From: Chitinophagaceae bacterium
GTDB lineage: Bacteria; Bacteroidota; Bacteroidia; Chitinophagales; Chitinophagaceae
Length of the DNA: 46,408 nucleotides
Assembly: GCA_013694745.1 (NCBI GenBank)
Contig: JACDBU010000006.1
Location: 1 to 46,408, forward strand
Direction: 5' to 3'
The notes under the pieces were generated by a model. The model searched no databases. It was not told the DNA's origin and saw only the letters and a list, made by a program, of their open reading frames with translations. Shown in pieces: positions 29,101 through 38,051 of this stretch. Both the position numbers and the translations under genes were made by a program. Each line of letters begins with the position of its first letter. Within the stretch, counting starts at the first letter, position 1.

Positions 29101-29340
29101 CGCCCGGTTATTGATGGTGAGATTCAAACCGCTTGTATGCAGGCATGCCCTACCAACGCAATTGTCTTCGGAAATGTAAATGATAAAGAAAGCCGGGTTT
29201 CAAAGATCAGGAATGAAGAACAAAAGGAAAGAACTTTTTATGTACTTGAGCAATTACACGTGCTTAGTAATGTAAATTATCTTGCCAAAGTTAGAAATAC
29301 AGAGAGGGTTGTTGGAAATGCACCCGAAGAAAAAGCATAA
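26176..29340 (+). CDS. actB: alternative complex III Fe-S subunit (TAT-variant molybdopterin oxidoreductase-like)
   Basis: KKYWQS, RRDFLK twin-arginine motif, LAASC lipobox; Cys clusters CTGCSACVVAC, CQHCDNAPCENVCP, CIGTRYCANNCP and CSFCVQ...CMQACP. Confidence 0.95.
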   Translation: MDKKYWQSFGELNNSEAYKKSLPDEFKEDLHPLEDLSESFLDAKTPRRDFLKYVGFSTAAAALAASCEMPVRKSVPFLNKPDDLIPGVANYYASTYISEGDVIPVIVKQREGRPIKIEGNTLSPITNGGTSAQAQASVLGLYDTSRLRYPMSNGKEVTFEIVDKMIAADIAATVKPLVLLTSSITSPTTQQIINEFLAKFAGSKHIQYDAVSYSGMLLANQSSYGKKAIPSYHFENAKVIVSLGADFLGTWLSPVVFANQYAKTRRIVEDKPAMSRHIQFESHMSLTGANADERILHLPSETGAVALALYNAVKSSPSDTGFLNNAALGPAIKKTATELLANKGAALVVCGSNDPNVQLLVNGINEAIGAGGKTIDWSSPVNYRQGIDADMATLTNDLNAGNIGALLIYGANPAYNYFAADKFISGVKKCPVTISFNERMDETTELCKYILPAHHWLESWGDAEPQQGYVSLIQPVIHPLFKTRPFQASLLSWSGNVTDYETYFKNYWTSKVGGIDNYNKALQDGIINSGAATNNTTSDSTNTIAGKSPIVASVMSSSPFNGNIADATTKVQNIKSGAVELVLYQKVSLGTGHHANNPWLQELPDPITKATWDNYAMISPAMGKSLFDIDIFKSRDTDNYEVHPEKPVVKITANGKTIELPVLIIPGVHPNVIAIAVGYGRQSSTKDKTADFIGKAANGAGINVYPLATFNGTTVDYTATATVEKTGRTFMLAQTQVHNVTEGRPIVRETTLSKFIADPKALGREEEEENKNYGNDFVKDATIYPYYDKPGMKWGMSIDLNTCTGCSACVVACNAENNIPVVGKEEVSRYHEMHWLRIDRYFTGDAANPDVVFQPMLCQHCDNAPCENVCPVSATNHSSEGLNQMAYNRCIGTRYCANNCPYKVRRFNWADYTGADSFPDNQRGIISDVTMDMNDDLPRMVLNPDVTVRSHGVMEKCSFCVQRLQEGKLNAKKAGRPVIDGEIQTACMQACPTNAIVFGNVNDKESRVSKIRNEEQKERTFYVLEQLHVLSNVNYLAKVRNTERVVGNAPEEKA

Positions 29341-29392
29341 ATAAAGAATTTTGAATATAAAATAACGACAAACTACAAAGACAAACGAGAAT

Positions 29393-30844
29393 ATGTCATT
29401 ATTAAAATACGAATCGCAAATCAGGGAACCTTTGGTGGATGGTGATAAAGATTATCACCAGGTAACAGAAGATATTTGCAGGCCTATCGAAATAAAGCCG
29501 GGCAAATTATGGTTCATCGGTTTTGGCATTGCTGTTTGTTTATTATTATTTGGTGTTTACTCCGTTTATCGCGAAGTAACTTACGGAACAGGACAATGGA
29601 ATCTGAATAAAACGGTTGGTTGGGGTTGGGATATTACCAACTTTGTGTGGTGGATCGGTATTGGTCATGCGGGAACATTAATTTCAGCGATCCTTTTACT
29701 GTTCCGGCAGGGATGGAGAACCGGCGTAAACAGGGCTGCAGAAGCAATGACAATTTTTGCCGTTATCTGCGCCGCCCAGTTTCCATTATTTCATATGGGC
29801 CGTGTATGGCTCGCCTTCTTTGTATTCCCTTATCCAAATACGCGTGGCGTATTATGGCCAAACTTTAGTTCACCATTGTTGTGGGATGTATTTGCAGTAT
29901 CAACCTACTTTACCGTATCACTTTTATTCTGGTATACAGGTTTGCTGCCTGACCTGGCAACGGTACGCGACAGGGCAAGAACAAAGTTCAGAAAAATGTT
30001 TTATGGCCTTACCTCATTTGGCTGGACGGGCAGCACCAAGCACTGGCAAAGGCATGAAAGCTTATCGCTTGTTTTGGCCGGTATAAGTACTCCGCTGGTA
30101 CTTTCTGTTCACACAATTGTATCATTTGACTTTGCTACATCCGTTATCCCGGGCTGGCATACAACCATCTTTCCGCCATACTTTGTGGCAGGTGCTATTT
30201 TTTCCGGCTTTGCAATGGTGCAGTCCTTACTCATCATAACCCGGAAGGTTTTACATCTTGAAGATTACATAACAGTAGGACATATAGAAGCAATGAATAA
30301 GGTAATCGTGCTTACAGGTTCTATTGTGGGTATAGCATATTTAACTGAATTATTTATATCCTGGTATGGGCAAAACCCTTACGAGAACTGGGCCTTCTTC
30401 CAAAACCGCGCAAATATTTTCAGTCCGTATGGCTGGGCATATTATGGAATGATGTTTTGCAATGTGGTATCTCCGCAATTGTTCTGGAGCAGGAAGCTGA
30501 GAAGAAATATTGCCTTCACTTTCTTTATGAGTGTGCTGATAAATGTGGGCATGTGGTTTGAGCGTTTTGTAATTATCGTAACCTCCATTTACCGTGATTA
30601 CCTTCCTTCATCCTGGAGTACTTATTATAGTCCGAGCATTTGGGAAATTGGTTTTTACCTCGGTACGTTCGGATTATTTTTTACCTGCTTTTTCCTCTTT
30701 GCAAAATATTTCCCTGTTATCGCGATAGCAGAGATCAAGGCAATTTTAAAAACCAGTGGGGAGGATTATAAAAAGAAAATGACGGATACGGAAAAGATGG
30801 ATGCTGAAAAATTTTATATAGAAGAAGTAGAGCATGCGCATTAA
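29393..30844 (+). CDS. actC: alternative complex III quinol-oxidising membrane subunit (NrfD-like)
   Basis: WGWDITNFVWWIGIGHAGT, SPLLWD, SVHTIVSFDF and GMWFERFVII. Confidence 0.95.
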   Translation: MSLLKYESQIREPLVDGDKDYHQVTEDICRPIEIKPGKLWFIGFGIAVCLLLFGVYSVYREVTYGTGQWNLNKTVGWGWDITNFVWWIGIGHAGTLISAILLLFRQGWRTGVNRAAEAMTIFAVICAAQFPLFHMGRVWLAFFVFPYPNTRGVLWPNFSSPLLWDVFAVSTYFTVSLLFWYTGLLPDLATVRDRARTKFRKMFYGLTSFGWTGSTKHWQRHESLSLVLAGISTPLVLSVHTIVSFDFATSVIPGWHTTIFPPYFVAGAIFSGFAMVQSLLIITRKVLHLEDYITVGHIEAMNKVIVLTGSIVGIAYLTELFISWYGQNPYENWAFFQNRANIFSPYGWAYYGMMFCNVVSPQLFWSRKLRRNIAFTFFMSVLINVGMWFERFVIIVTSIYRDYLPSSWSTYYSPSIWEIGFYLGTFGLFFTCFFLFAKYFPVIAIAEIKAILKTSGEDYKKKMTDTEKMDAEKFYIEEVEHAH

Positions 30845-30846
30845 GT

Positions 30847-30874
30847 ACGTTAATCCGTTTAAACGGATTAACGT
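30847..30874. repeat. perfect 28-bp palindrome ACGTTAATCCGTTTAAACGGATTAACGT
   Basis: Self-complementary over all 28 bp; starts 2 nt after the actC stop and shares AACGGATTAAC with 10005-10050. Confidence 0.9.
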
Positions 30875-30931
30875 TTTACGAATGGATAAATTATAAAAAA
30901 ACTTCCAATGGAAGTTTGGAGGGGTTTTAAT

Positions 30932-31516
30932 ATGATAAAAAAATTTGTAGTTGGTTGTTTCGATGATGAAAAGGTTTTATTTCCTGCCATAAAAAATGTA
31001 AGGCGTGCAGGTTATAAAATACATGACGTGTATACACCATTTCCTATGCATGGTCTTGACCACGCTATTGGAATACGGGAGACAAGTTTACATACCGCCG
31101 GGTTTATTTTCGGAATCACCGGAACGGCTACAGCATTGACTGGTATGGGCTGGATCTTTACTAAAGACTGGCCTTTGAATATTGGTGGTAAGCCCCATTT
31201 TCCCTTACCGGCTTTTATTCCAATAACTTTTGAGCTCACTGTTTTATTTGCATCTTTAGGAATGGTATGGACGTTTTGTTATTTGTGCCAGATGATGCCG
31301 GGCGTAAAAAAACACCATTTTCATCCAAGAGCAACGGATGATCTTTTTGTCTTGGTTATTGAGTGCTCTGCAAAAACTAATGAATCAGAAGTAGCTGAAT
31401 TTTTACAACGTAATGGTGCAATGGAAGTAAATGTTCAGGAAGCGGAAACCGGCTGGTGGTTTGGCAGGTACGATAAGGAGCAAAAATTATACAGATACGA
31501 GGAAGTGGGATATTAA
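30932..31516 (+). CDS. actD: alternative complex III subunit D (DUF3341)
   Basis: YTPFPMHGLD, DWPLNIGGKP and FIPITFELTVL. Start at ATG 30932. Confidence 0.92.
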   Translation: MIKKFVVGCFDDEKVLFPAIKNVRRAGYKIHDVYTPFPMHGLDHAIGIRETSLHTAGFIFGITGTATALTGMGWIFTKDWPLNIGGKPHFPLPAFIPITFELTVLFASLGMVWTFCYLCQMMPGVKKHHFHPRATDDLFVLVIECSAKTNESEVAEFLQRNGAMEVNVQEAETGWWFGRYDKEQKLYRYEEVGY

Positions 31517-31553
31517 CCTTTAATTCCGCGAGGGAATATATAAGAATGTAAAC

Positions 31554-32171
31554 ATGAGAAAGGAAATTAAAATATTTTGTTTGCTGGCAACAATTGTCTT
31601 ATTCAGTTGTAACGACAGGCGGCATCCGGGTAGGATATATATGCCCGACATGACCTACAGCAGGGCATATGAAGCTAATGCCCCTAACGATCTTGCAGCA
31701 AAAGGAATAAATTATCTTCCTTTTCCTGTACCGGGTACAATAAGAAGAGGCGACCTTTTTCCTTATACATTATCCAACGATTCAAATGGTTATAAGCTCG
31801 CCATAGATATTAAAGACCCGCTGCCACCATTGGATTCAGTTGGCTTAAATGAAGCGCACCGGTTGTTTAATATTAATTGTGCAATTTGCCATGGTCCTAA
31901 CCTTGACGCACAGGGGCCACTGGCAGGAAAGGTTGGAGGTATCGCCAATTTAAAAATGCCGCAGTATGTAAAAGAACCAGAAGGCCAAATGTTTCATGTG
32001 GTTACTTACGGCAAAAATAATATGGGCAGTTATGCATCCCAGCTTGACCGCAGGCAGAGATGGATGGTTATACAATTCATAAAATCAGAACAGGCTAAAA
32101 TAAGTGCTCCAAAAGATTCTGTGGCTGCCGGTAGTGGCACGACGAAAGACAGCACGATGGCAAAAAAGTAA
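31554..32171 (+). CDS. actE: alternative complex III monohaem cytochrome c lipoprotein
   Basis: LFSC lipobox, YMPDM, CAICH and MGSYASQL. Confidence 0.92.
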   Translation: MRKEIKIFCLLATIVLFSCNDRRHPGRIYMPDMTYSRAYEANAPNDLAAKGINYLPFPVPGTIRRGDLFPYTLSNDSNGYKLAIDIKDPLPPLDSVGLNEAHRLFNINCAICHGPNLDAQGPLAGKVGGIANLKMPQYVKEPEGQMFHVVTYGKNNMGSYASQLDRRQRWMVIQFIKSEQAKISAPKDSVAAGSGTTKDSTMAKK

Positions 32172-32192
32172 GATAATTTTAAAAAGATATTG

Positions 32193-33443
32193 ATGAACAA
32201 TCATTTTGTAATACCGGGTGGATATAAAAAATGGACAACAGGATTAATGATTGTGGGTGTAGTTACTTTATTAGCAGCTATCATTTTTTTACATCCTTTG
32301 GCTGGCAATAAAGGTGATAATGTTCTTGGTACACGCTTTTGGGCAGTGCTGTTACAAAACAGCATGTACTGGTTAATGTTGGTTAACACCGCCATGTTCT
32401 TTATGTGTATTACAACAGTAGCCATGGGTGGTTGGCAGGTTGCCTTTCGCAGGATCACAGAAGCCATCTCATCAGTGGTTCCGGTAATGGCAGTGATCAT
32501 GCTAATAGTGATATTGAGCATTGTTTTCGGTCACCGTTATGATATTTATCCATGGCTCGATAGAAATGCAGTTGCTGCAGATAAAGTGCTAAGGGGAAAA
32601 TCTGGTTTTTTAAATCCTACTTTTTATACCGGTGCTTCAATAGTAACCCTGGGGTTATGGTGGTTTATCGGCAAAAAGATCAGGCAGTTTAGTCTGGAAA
32701 GTGACCAGCATGGACCAATGGATTTTGAGACTGGTAAAAGATGGATCAATAAAAATGTGGCATGGGGCGCTTTTTTTATTGTTGTGTATGGCTTATCAGT
32801 AGGATCAACAATGCCCTGGCTCTGGCTCATGAGCATTGATGCACATTGGTTTAGCACCATGTATAGCTGGTACACTTTCGCCAGCACATTTGTATCAGGC
32901 ATTGCCCTCATAACCATTTTTGTAATCTATTTTAAAAATAAGGGTGAGCTGGAATATGTAACGCATGAACATTTACACGATCTTGGAAAATTCATATTCG
33001 CATTTTCTATTTTCTGGGCGTATCTCTGGTTCTCTCAATACATGCTTATCTGGTACAGTAATCAACCGGAAGAAACAAAATATTTTATTGACAGGATCGG
33101 TACAGCGCGCCATGTGGGTGCCTATAAAGGGCTTTTCTTTTTTAACCTGATCGTAAATTTTGTTTGCCCCATTTTATTATTAATGAAAAAAGGTCCTAAA
33201 CGGAATTATACATTTATGACCTTCATGTGTGTGATGATCATTTTTGGACACTGGATTGATTTTTACCAGATGGTTATGCCAGGCACGGTGAAAAATCATC
33301 CGCACATGAGCTGGTATGAATTTGGGATCCCTGTTGGATTTGTTGGACTCATCATGTGGAGTGTGGCGAGATATTTATCAAAGGTGCCGTTATTACAAAA
33401 GAATCATCCTTTTTTGAAAGAAAGTATAATACATCATACGTAG
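32193..33443 (+). CDS. actF: alternative complex III membrane subunit F
   Basis: WLMSIDAHWFSTM, HLHDLGK, YLWFSQYMLIWY.N.PEE; multi-TM. Confidence 0.92.
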   Translation: MNNHFVIPGGYKKWTTGLMIVGVVTLLAAIIFLHPLAGNKGDNVLGTRFWAVLLQNSMYWLMLVNTAMFFMCITTVAMGGWQVAFRRITEAISSVVPVMAVIMLIVILSIVFGHRYDIYPWLDRNAVAADKVLRGKSGFLNPTFYTGASIVTLGLWWFIGKKIRQFSLESDQHGPMDFETGKRWINKNVAWGAFFIVVYGLSVGSTMPWLWLMSIDAHWFSTMYSWYTFASTFVSGIALITIFVIYFKNKGELEYVTHEHLHDLGKFIFAFSIFWAYLWFSQYMLIWYSNQPEETKYFIDRIGTARHVGAYKGLFFFNLIVNFVCPILLLMKKGPKRNYTFMTFMCVMIIFGHWIDFYQMVMPGTVKNHPHMSWYEFGIPVGFVGLIMWSVARYLSKVPLLQKNHPFLKESIIHHT

Positions 33444-33491
33444 GATGAGAGGTGATTTGAGTTTTAAAAATAGTTTTCGAAATAATAAATC

Positions 33492-34565
33492 ATGAATGAC
33501 ATTTTTTTGATAGCAATTGTGCTGATGATCTTTTTGCTGATCGTACAGATCGCAAAGGCCAGTGAGTATGTTAGTATTTTAAAGGGTGAAGAAAAATCGC
33601 GCAAACAAACCAACCGGATAAATGGTTTCTTATTAATTGCTTTTTTAATTTTCGGATTGATAGGCGCCTGGTGGTGTAATGATCTCTATTACGATAAAAC
33701 ATTGTTCCCGCAAGGTTCTGCCTCGGTACAGGGGGAAAATATTGATACCATGATGTGGATTTCCATTATCATTTGTGGGGTTGTATTTGTTATTACACAA
33801 GTTGCTTTATTCGTGTTTTCATTCCGCTACCAGGAAAGTGATAAACGCAAGGCTTTTTATTTTACACACAGCAACCGGCTCGAATTGTTGTGGACCGGCG
33901 TACCCGCAATAGTGCTTACCGTATTGGTAGTTTTCGGATTAAAATACTGGTTCCAGTTTACTTCAGACGCACCAAAAGATGCGCAATTGGTAGAGGTTAC
34001 CGGTCACCAGTTTGCCTGGGAATTCAGGTACCCGGGAAAAGATGGCGTTTTGGGTAAGAAGAATTATAAATTAACAGATCCTGCGCACAGCAATTCTTTG
34101 GGAGTAGACTGGACAGATGTAACCAGCCATGATGATATACACTCAACCGGCACGGTCCACCTGGTGGTTAACAAACCAGTAAAATTTGTCATCAACTCCC
34201 AGGATGTGATTCACGATGTTGGTCTGCCACATTTCAGAATGAAAATGGATGCAGTACCTGGCATACCCACAACATTATGGTTCACCCCAAAATATACAAC
34301 CGAGCAAATGAAGGTGCGAACAGGAAATGCTAATTTTGTATACGAGATAGCGTGCGACCAGATTTGCGGCAGAGGACATTTTTCTATGAGGGGTATAATT
34401 ATTGTGGAAACACAGGAAGAATTTGATAAGTGGATCGCAACCCAGCAACCCGAATATGCGAGAGCTATGGGCGGTGGTTCTGGCTCAACACCTGCAACAG
34501 ATTCATTACCGAAAAAAGATTCTGCAGCCTCAAAACCACTGGCGCTGGCAGTTACAAATAAATAA
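33492..34565 (+). CDS. ctaC: cytochrome c oxidase subunit II
   Basis: LELLWT.VP, QFAW, DVIHD, MDAVPG and the CuA motif CDQICGRGHFSM. Confidence 0.95.
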   Translation: MNDIFLIAIVLMIFLLIVQIAKASEYVSILKGEEKSRKQTNRINGFLLIAFLIFGLIGAWWCNDLYYDKTLFPQGSASVQGENIDTMMWISIIICGVVFVITQVALFVFSFRYQESDKRKAFYFTHSNRLELLWTGVPAIVLTVLVVFGLKYWFQFTSDAPKDAQLVEVTGHQFAWEFRYPGKDGVLGKKNYKLTDPAHSNSLGVDWTDVTSHDDIHSTGTVHLVVNKPVKFVINSQDVIHDVGLPHFRMKMDAVPGIPTTLWFTPKYTTEQMKVRTGNANFVYEIACDQICGRGHFSMRGIIIVETQEEFDKWIATQQPEYARAMGGGSGSTPATDSLPKKDSAASKPLALAVTNK

Positions 34566-34597
34566 TCAAACCTTATGGGTTTGAAAATTATAATACT

Positions 34598-36406
34598 ATG
34601 AGCAACGAAGCAATTTTACATGATCAGGTAACCGGGGTCCATGACCTGGGGCATACCGCGCATGAGCACCACCACCACCAATCATTCATATCTAAATATG
34701 TTTTTAGCCAGGATCATAAAATGATCGCCAAGCAATTTTTAATTACAGGGATGATATGGGCTATTATCGGAGGTTTTTTTTCTGTGCTGTTTAGGTTGCA
34801 ACTGGGTTATCCTGAATCAACTTTTCCCTGGCTGGAAGATTTTTTAGGTCATTGGGCAAAAGGCGGAAAACTTGATCCCGAATTTTATTATTCCCTGGTA
34901 ACCATGCATGGTACAATCCTCGTTTTCTTTGTACTTACTGCAGGTTTAAGCGGAACATTTTCTAATTTTTTAATTCCATTACAGGTTGGCGCTAGAGATA
35001 TGGCCTCACCATTTTTAAATATGCTGAGCTACTGGTTTTTCTTCATGGCTTCTATTGTAATGTTAACCTCTTTGTTTGTTCAAACCGGGCCTGCAAGCGG
35101 CGGATGGACCATTTATCCACCGCTAAGCGCATTGGGCGAAGCCTCGGAAGGTTCCAAGATAGGTATGGATCTTTGGCTGGTGAGCATGGCATTATTTATA
35201 ATTAATGCATTGCTGGGCGGACTAAATTACATTGCCACGATCTTAAATCTCAGGACAAAAGGAATGAGTATGACCAGGATGCCTTTAACCATGTGGGCAT
35301 TCTTTTTCACTGCGGTTTTAGGGGTACTTTCATTCCCGGTTTTATTATCCGGCGCAATCCTTTTATTGTTCGACAGGAATTTAGGAACAAGTTTCTTCCT
35401 CAGCGATATTGTTATCAATGGAAAAATTTTACCGAACGAAGGTGGCAGTCCGATTTTATTCCAGCATTTATTTTGGTTCCTTGGTCACCCGGAAGTGTAT
35501 ATAATTATTTTACCCGCAATGGGCATCGCTTCAGAAGTGATGTCGGTGAATTCACGCAAACCGATATTCGGTTACATGGCCATGGTGGGTTCCTTATTTG
35601 CCATTACAGCACTTGCATTTTTAGTGTGGGCGCATCATATGTTTGTCACCGGATTGAATCCTTTCCTTGGCTCTTTCTTTGTATTGCTCACCTTATTGAT
35701 CGCAGTTCCATCAGCCATTAAAGTATTTAACTGGCTAACCACATTGTGGCGGGGCAATATCAGGTTTACACCCGGCATGCTCTTCTCTATTGGTTTTGTA
35801 AGCATCTTTATTTCGGGCGGATTAACCGGGATATTTTTAGGGAACTCAGCCCTGGATATTCATTTGCACGATACGTATTTTGTTATTGCCCACTTCCATA
35901 TTGTAATGGGTGTTGCGGGTATGTTCGGCATGTTTGCCGGGCTGTATCACTGGTATCCAAAAATGTTTGGCAGGTATTTGAATGATACCCTGGCATATAT
36001 CCATTTTTGGGTAACCATGGTTGGCGCCTACCTTATTTTTTGGCCGATGCATTACGAAGGATTAGCGGGTATGCCTCGCCGTTACTATGATTTCAGCAAC
36101 TGGGAATCATTTAAAATGTTCGCAGGATTAAATGAATTCATCAGCTTTGTTTCAATAATTGTTTTTGCTGCGCAGCTACTTTTTGTTTTTAATTTCTTTT
36201 ACTCCATGTTTAAGGGAAGAAAAGTAACTACTCAAAACCCCTGGGGAGCAAATACACTGGAATGGTCAACCCCTATTCGCCCGGGGCATGGTAACTGGCC
36301 CGGAGAGATCCCTGAAGTGCACCGCTGGGCTTATGATTACGGAAAAGACGGCAGAGAATTTATTCCGCAAACAGAACCTGTGGGTGAGCATGAAAGCAAG
36401 CATTGA
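34598..36406 (+). CDS. ctaD: cytochrome c oxidase subunit I (A1-type)
   Basis: DHKMI, TMHG, GARDMA, GWTIYPPLS, GHPEVY, WAHHMF, HDTYFVIAHFH and GMPRRY. Confidence 0.97.
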   Translation: MSNEAILHDQVTGVHDLGHTAHEHHHHQSFISKYVFSQDHKMIAKQFLITGMIWAIIGGFFSVLFRLQLGYPESTFPWLEDFLGHWAKGGKLDPEFYYSLVTMHGTILVFFVLTAGLSGTFSNFLIPLQVGARDMASPFLNMLSYWFFFMASIVMLTSLFVQTGPASGGWTIYPPLSALGEASEGSKIGMDLWLVSMALFIINALLGGLNYIATILNLRTKGMSMTRMPLTMWAFFFTAVLGVLSFPVLLSGAILLLFDRNLGTSFFLSDIVINGKILPNEGGSPILFQHLFWFLGHPEVYIIILPAMGIASEVMSVNSRKPIFGYMAMVGSLFAITALAFLVWAHHMFVTGLNPFLGSFFVLLTLLIAVPSAIKVFNWLTTLWRGNIRFTPGMLFSIGFVSIFISGGLTGIFLGNSALDIHLHDTYFVIAHFHIVMGVAGMFGMFAGLYHWYPKMFGRYLNDTLAYIHFWVTMVGAYLIFWPMHYEGLAGMPRRYYDFSNWESFKMFAGLNEFISFVSIIVFAAQLLFVFNFFYSMFKGRKVTTQNPWGANTLEWSTPIRPGHGNWPGEIPEVHRWAYDYGKDGREFIPQTEPVGEHESKH

Positions 36407-36478
36407 TCCGTTATAAAATTGATCTGAAAAAATATCTGCCATGATCACACATCGGGGCATTTTTTAATATTCCCGTAA

Positions 36479-37384
36479 ATGGATACACCCGTATCAGTCA
36501 CCACCTCTTCAAACTCCTTTGCGCTTGCCAGCAAAGTGAAAGATTATTTCCAGCTGATAAAATTCACACTCAGTTTTATGGTGGTGTTTAGTTGCGTGGT
36601 TTGTTATTTACTGGCTCCTAATGTTACCTTCAACCTCTTATCTGTTTTATTATTATTTACCGCGGGTATGCTTATTACCGGTTCTGCAAATGCCATAAAC
36701 CAGGCCATTGAAAAAGATACTGATGCAATGATGAAGCGTACAGCAGGCCGTCCTGTTGCTGCTGGAAGAATGACTCCAAATGAGGCTTTCATGTTTGCTA
36801 CCATCGCAGGAATCGTGGGTATAATGATACTTTGGTACTCGTTCAATCTGTATGCTTCCCTCATTGGATTATTCAGTCTTTTTTTATACGCCTTTATTTA
36901 TACGCCCTTAAAAAAAGTAAATTCAATTGCTGTGCTGGTGGGAGCTTTTCCCGGGGCATTACCATGTTTAATTGGCTGGGTTGCAGGTACCGGCGCATTT
37001 ACAGCCGGCGGATGGATATTATTTGCCATACAATTCCTTTGGCAATTCCCTCATTTTTGGGCAATAGCCTGGATTGCCCATACTGATTATTCCAAAGCGG
37101 GTTTTAAATTATTGCCAAGTGATAAAGGCCCAACAAAATTTACTGCCCTGCAAACTGTTATCTATTCTATGCTGATGGTACCCGTTGGAATACTTCCATT
37201 TTATTATCACATTAGTGGCAACATTTCTTTATGGATCGTTTTAGGATGTAATTTGTGGATGGTTTTAATGAGCCTACAGCTCTTTATAAAAATGGATGTT
37301 GCTTCTGCAAGAAAAGTAATGTTCAGTTCCTACTTTTACCTGATGATCGTTTTTCTTGCATTATTATTTGATAAAATTCATTAA
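36479..37384 (+). CDS. cyoE: protohaem IX farnesyltransferase (haem O synthase)
   Basis: NQ..E...D..M.RT..RP, YTPLKK and WQFPHFWAIAW. Confidence 0.95.
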   Translation: MDTPVSVTTSSNSFALASKVKDYFQLIKFTLSFMVVFSCVVCYLLAPNVTFNLLSVLLLFTAGMLITGSANAINQAIEKDTDAMMKRTAGRPVAAGRMTPNEAFMFATIAGIVGIMILWYSFNLYASLIGLFSLFLYAFIYTPLKKVNSIAVLVGAFPGALPCLIGWVAGTGAFTAGGWILFAIQFLWQFPHFWAIAWIAHTDYSKAGFKLLPSDKGPTKFTALQTVIYSMLMVPVGILPFYYHISGNISLWIVLGCNLWMVLMSLQLFIKMDVASARKVMFSSYFYLMIVFLALLFDKIH

Positions 37385-37398
37385 TCAAACCCTGGAGA

Positions 37399-37965
37399 GT
37401 GGAGCTAGCAATGAACCAGCAAAATAAAAGAATACATCCGCATAAATTTACATTATGGGTAGGTATTAGCAGCATAGTGATGATGTTTGCAGGGCTTACC
37501 AGCGCCTATATCGTAAAACGCAGCCAGGCCAACTGGATCACTTTTGATCTGCCTGTGATATTCTGGTATTCAACGGCGGTGATCATCCTGAGCAGCATAA
37601 CCATTATCATTAGCGCAAATAATTTCAGAGATAGAGAACGGCCACGATACAGGCAGTGGCTGCTTATTACCCTCATCCTCGGAATTTTGTTTGTCGTGAT
37701 GCAAACCATCGGCTTTATTCAACTCTGGCAAAGCGGCATTACACTAACCCGCAATGTTGCATTTTCTTTCTTATATATTATTGTAGGATTACACGCCGTA
37801 CATGTTATTGCAGGCGTAATTACACTCATAGTGATATATCTTAAGACGTTCAGCGTAAAAGTAAAAAGCTATAGCGCCGTACCAGTTGAAATGATAAGCA
37901 CATACTGGCATTTTGTTGATTTTCTTTGGATATATTTATTGATATTCTTATTGATGATACGATGA
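37399..37965 (+). CDS. ctaE: cytochrome c oxidase subunit III (first of two)
   Basis: MMFAGLTSAYIV, GLHAVHV and YWHFVD.LW. Confidence 0.9.
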   Translation: MELAMNQQNKRIHPHKFTLWVGISSIVMMFAGLTSAYIVKRSQANWITFDLPVIFWYSTAVIILSSITIIISANNFRDRERPRYRQWLLITLILGILFVVMQTIGFIQLWQSGITLTRNVAFSFLYIIVGLHAVHVIAGVITLIVIYLKTFSVKVKSYSAVPVEMISTYWHFVDFLWIYLLIFLLMIR

Positions 37966-38051
37966 AAAAATATTTTATTCAGCAATTTCTCAATTACTTT
38001 TGTACGGGGAATTTAAACGGTTATTTTTGCAATACTTTAAAGTTTCGTTAG

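Noticed and set aside
30908-30931. Upstream actD start (MEVWRGFN)
   Set aside because: That ATG lies within the palindromic repeat; ATG 30932 gives the expected N-terminus.
34598-34682. His-rich N-terminus of oxidase subunit I
   Set aside because: A common feature of subunit I in many bacteria; not distinctive.
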